Of a DNA stretch of 64,000 bases, positions 63,680-64,000 are shown in pieces. Origin of the DNA: Hyphomicrobiales bacterium. Its GTDB lineage: Bacteria > Pseudomonadota > Alphaproteobacteria > Rhizobiales > Aestuariivirgaceae. The position numbers and the translations under genes were made by a program. The notes beneath the pieces were generated by a model. It ran no database searches, was not told the DNA's origin, and was given only the letters and a program-made list of their open reading frames with translations. Position 1 is the first letter of the stretch, and every line of letters begins with the position of its first letter. The stretch lies in NCBI GenBank assembly GCA_031393975.1, contig JANMWK010000098.1, positions 38,935 through 102,934 on the forward strand. Reading direction: 5' to 3'.

Positions 63680-64000
63680 ATGGCTAATGTTGTCGTCACT
63701 GTCGCAGACCGCCCCTACACCATGCAATGCCCCGATGGCGAGGAAGAACACCTGCGCGAACTGGCGCGTCTGCTTGACACCGAAGTCACCCGCATCAAGT
63801 CCAGCGTCGGCTCCATTGGCGATATTCGCCTGCTGGTGATGAGTGGCTTGATGGTGGCAGATCGTCTGAGCGAAGCCATCCACAAAATTGAAGCGCTTGA
63901 AGATCAGGTCAACGGCCTGCGCGAAAGCCGCAACGCCGCACAAACGCAAATTAAAACGCTGGAAACGAATTTGAGCCATCAGCTTGAATTGGCTGCGGGA
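63680..64000 (+). CDS. zapA: Cell division protein ZapA (runs off window edge)
   Basis: Manual translation MANVVVTVADRPYTMQCPDGEEEHLRELARLLD...GDIRLLVMSGLMVAD. Confidence 0.92.
   Translation, partial: MANVVVTVADRPYTMQCPDGEEEHLRELARLLDTEVTRIKSSVGSIGDIRLLVMSGLMVADRLSEAIHKIEALEDQVNGLRESRNAAQTQIKTLETNLSHQLELAAG

Overview
Alphaproteobacterial chromosome segment (Hyphomicrobiales-like gene order) in two parts. Left (1 to ~21.4 kb) is an accessory region bounded by a tyrosine-integrase remnant and the 3' end of tRNA-Glu(CTC). It holds a partial M1 aminopeptidase, a nitrate-assimilation cluster destroyed by internal deletions, a TetR pseudogene and a serine hydrolase. It also holds an intact ~14 kb catabolic locus of unknown substrate: two HisD/HpsN-like dehydrogenases, an SDR, a bicupin, a MetE-like Zn enzyme, an alpha/beta hydrolase, two paralogous double-SnoaL proteins, a sugar-type ABC transporter and a LacI regulator with four candidate operators. 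Directly 5' of the tRNA is an exact 26-nt-period array of four hairpins with compensatory changes. Right (21.5 to 64 kb) is mostly core genes: rluD, rpoH, purA, serC-serA, ftsH-folP-glmM, tilS, tol-pal, ruvCAB, yebC, pgk, tkt and zapA. A hicAB module plus a HEPN-like remnant sits where gap usually lies between tkt and pgk. All calls come from motif recognition only; no database searches were run.
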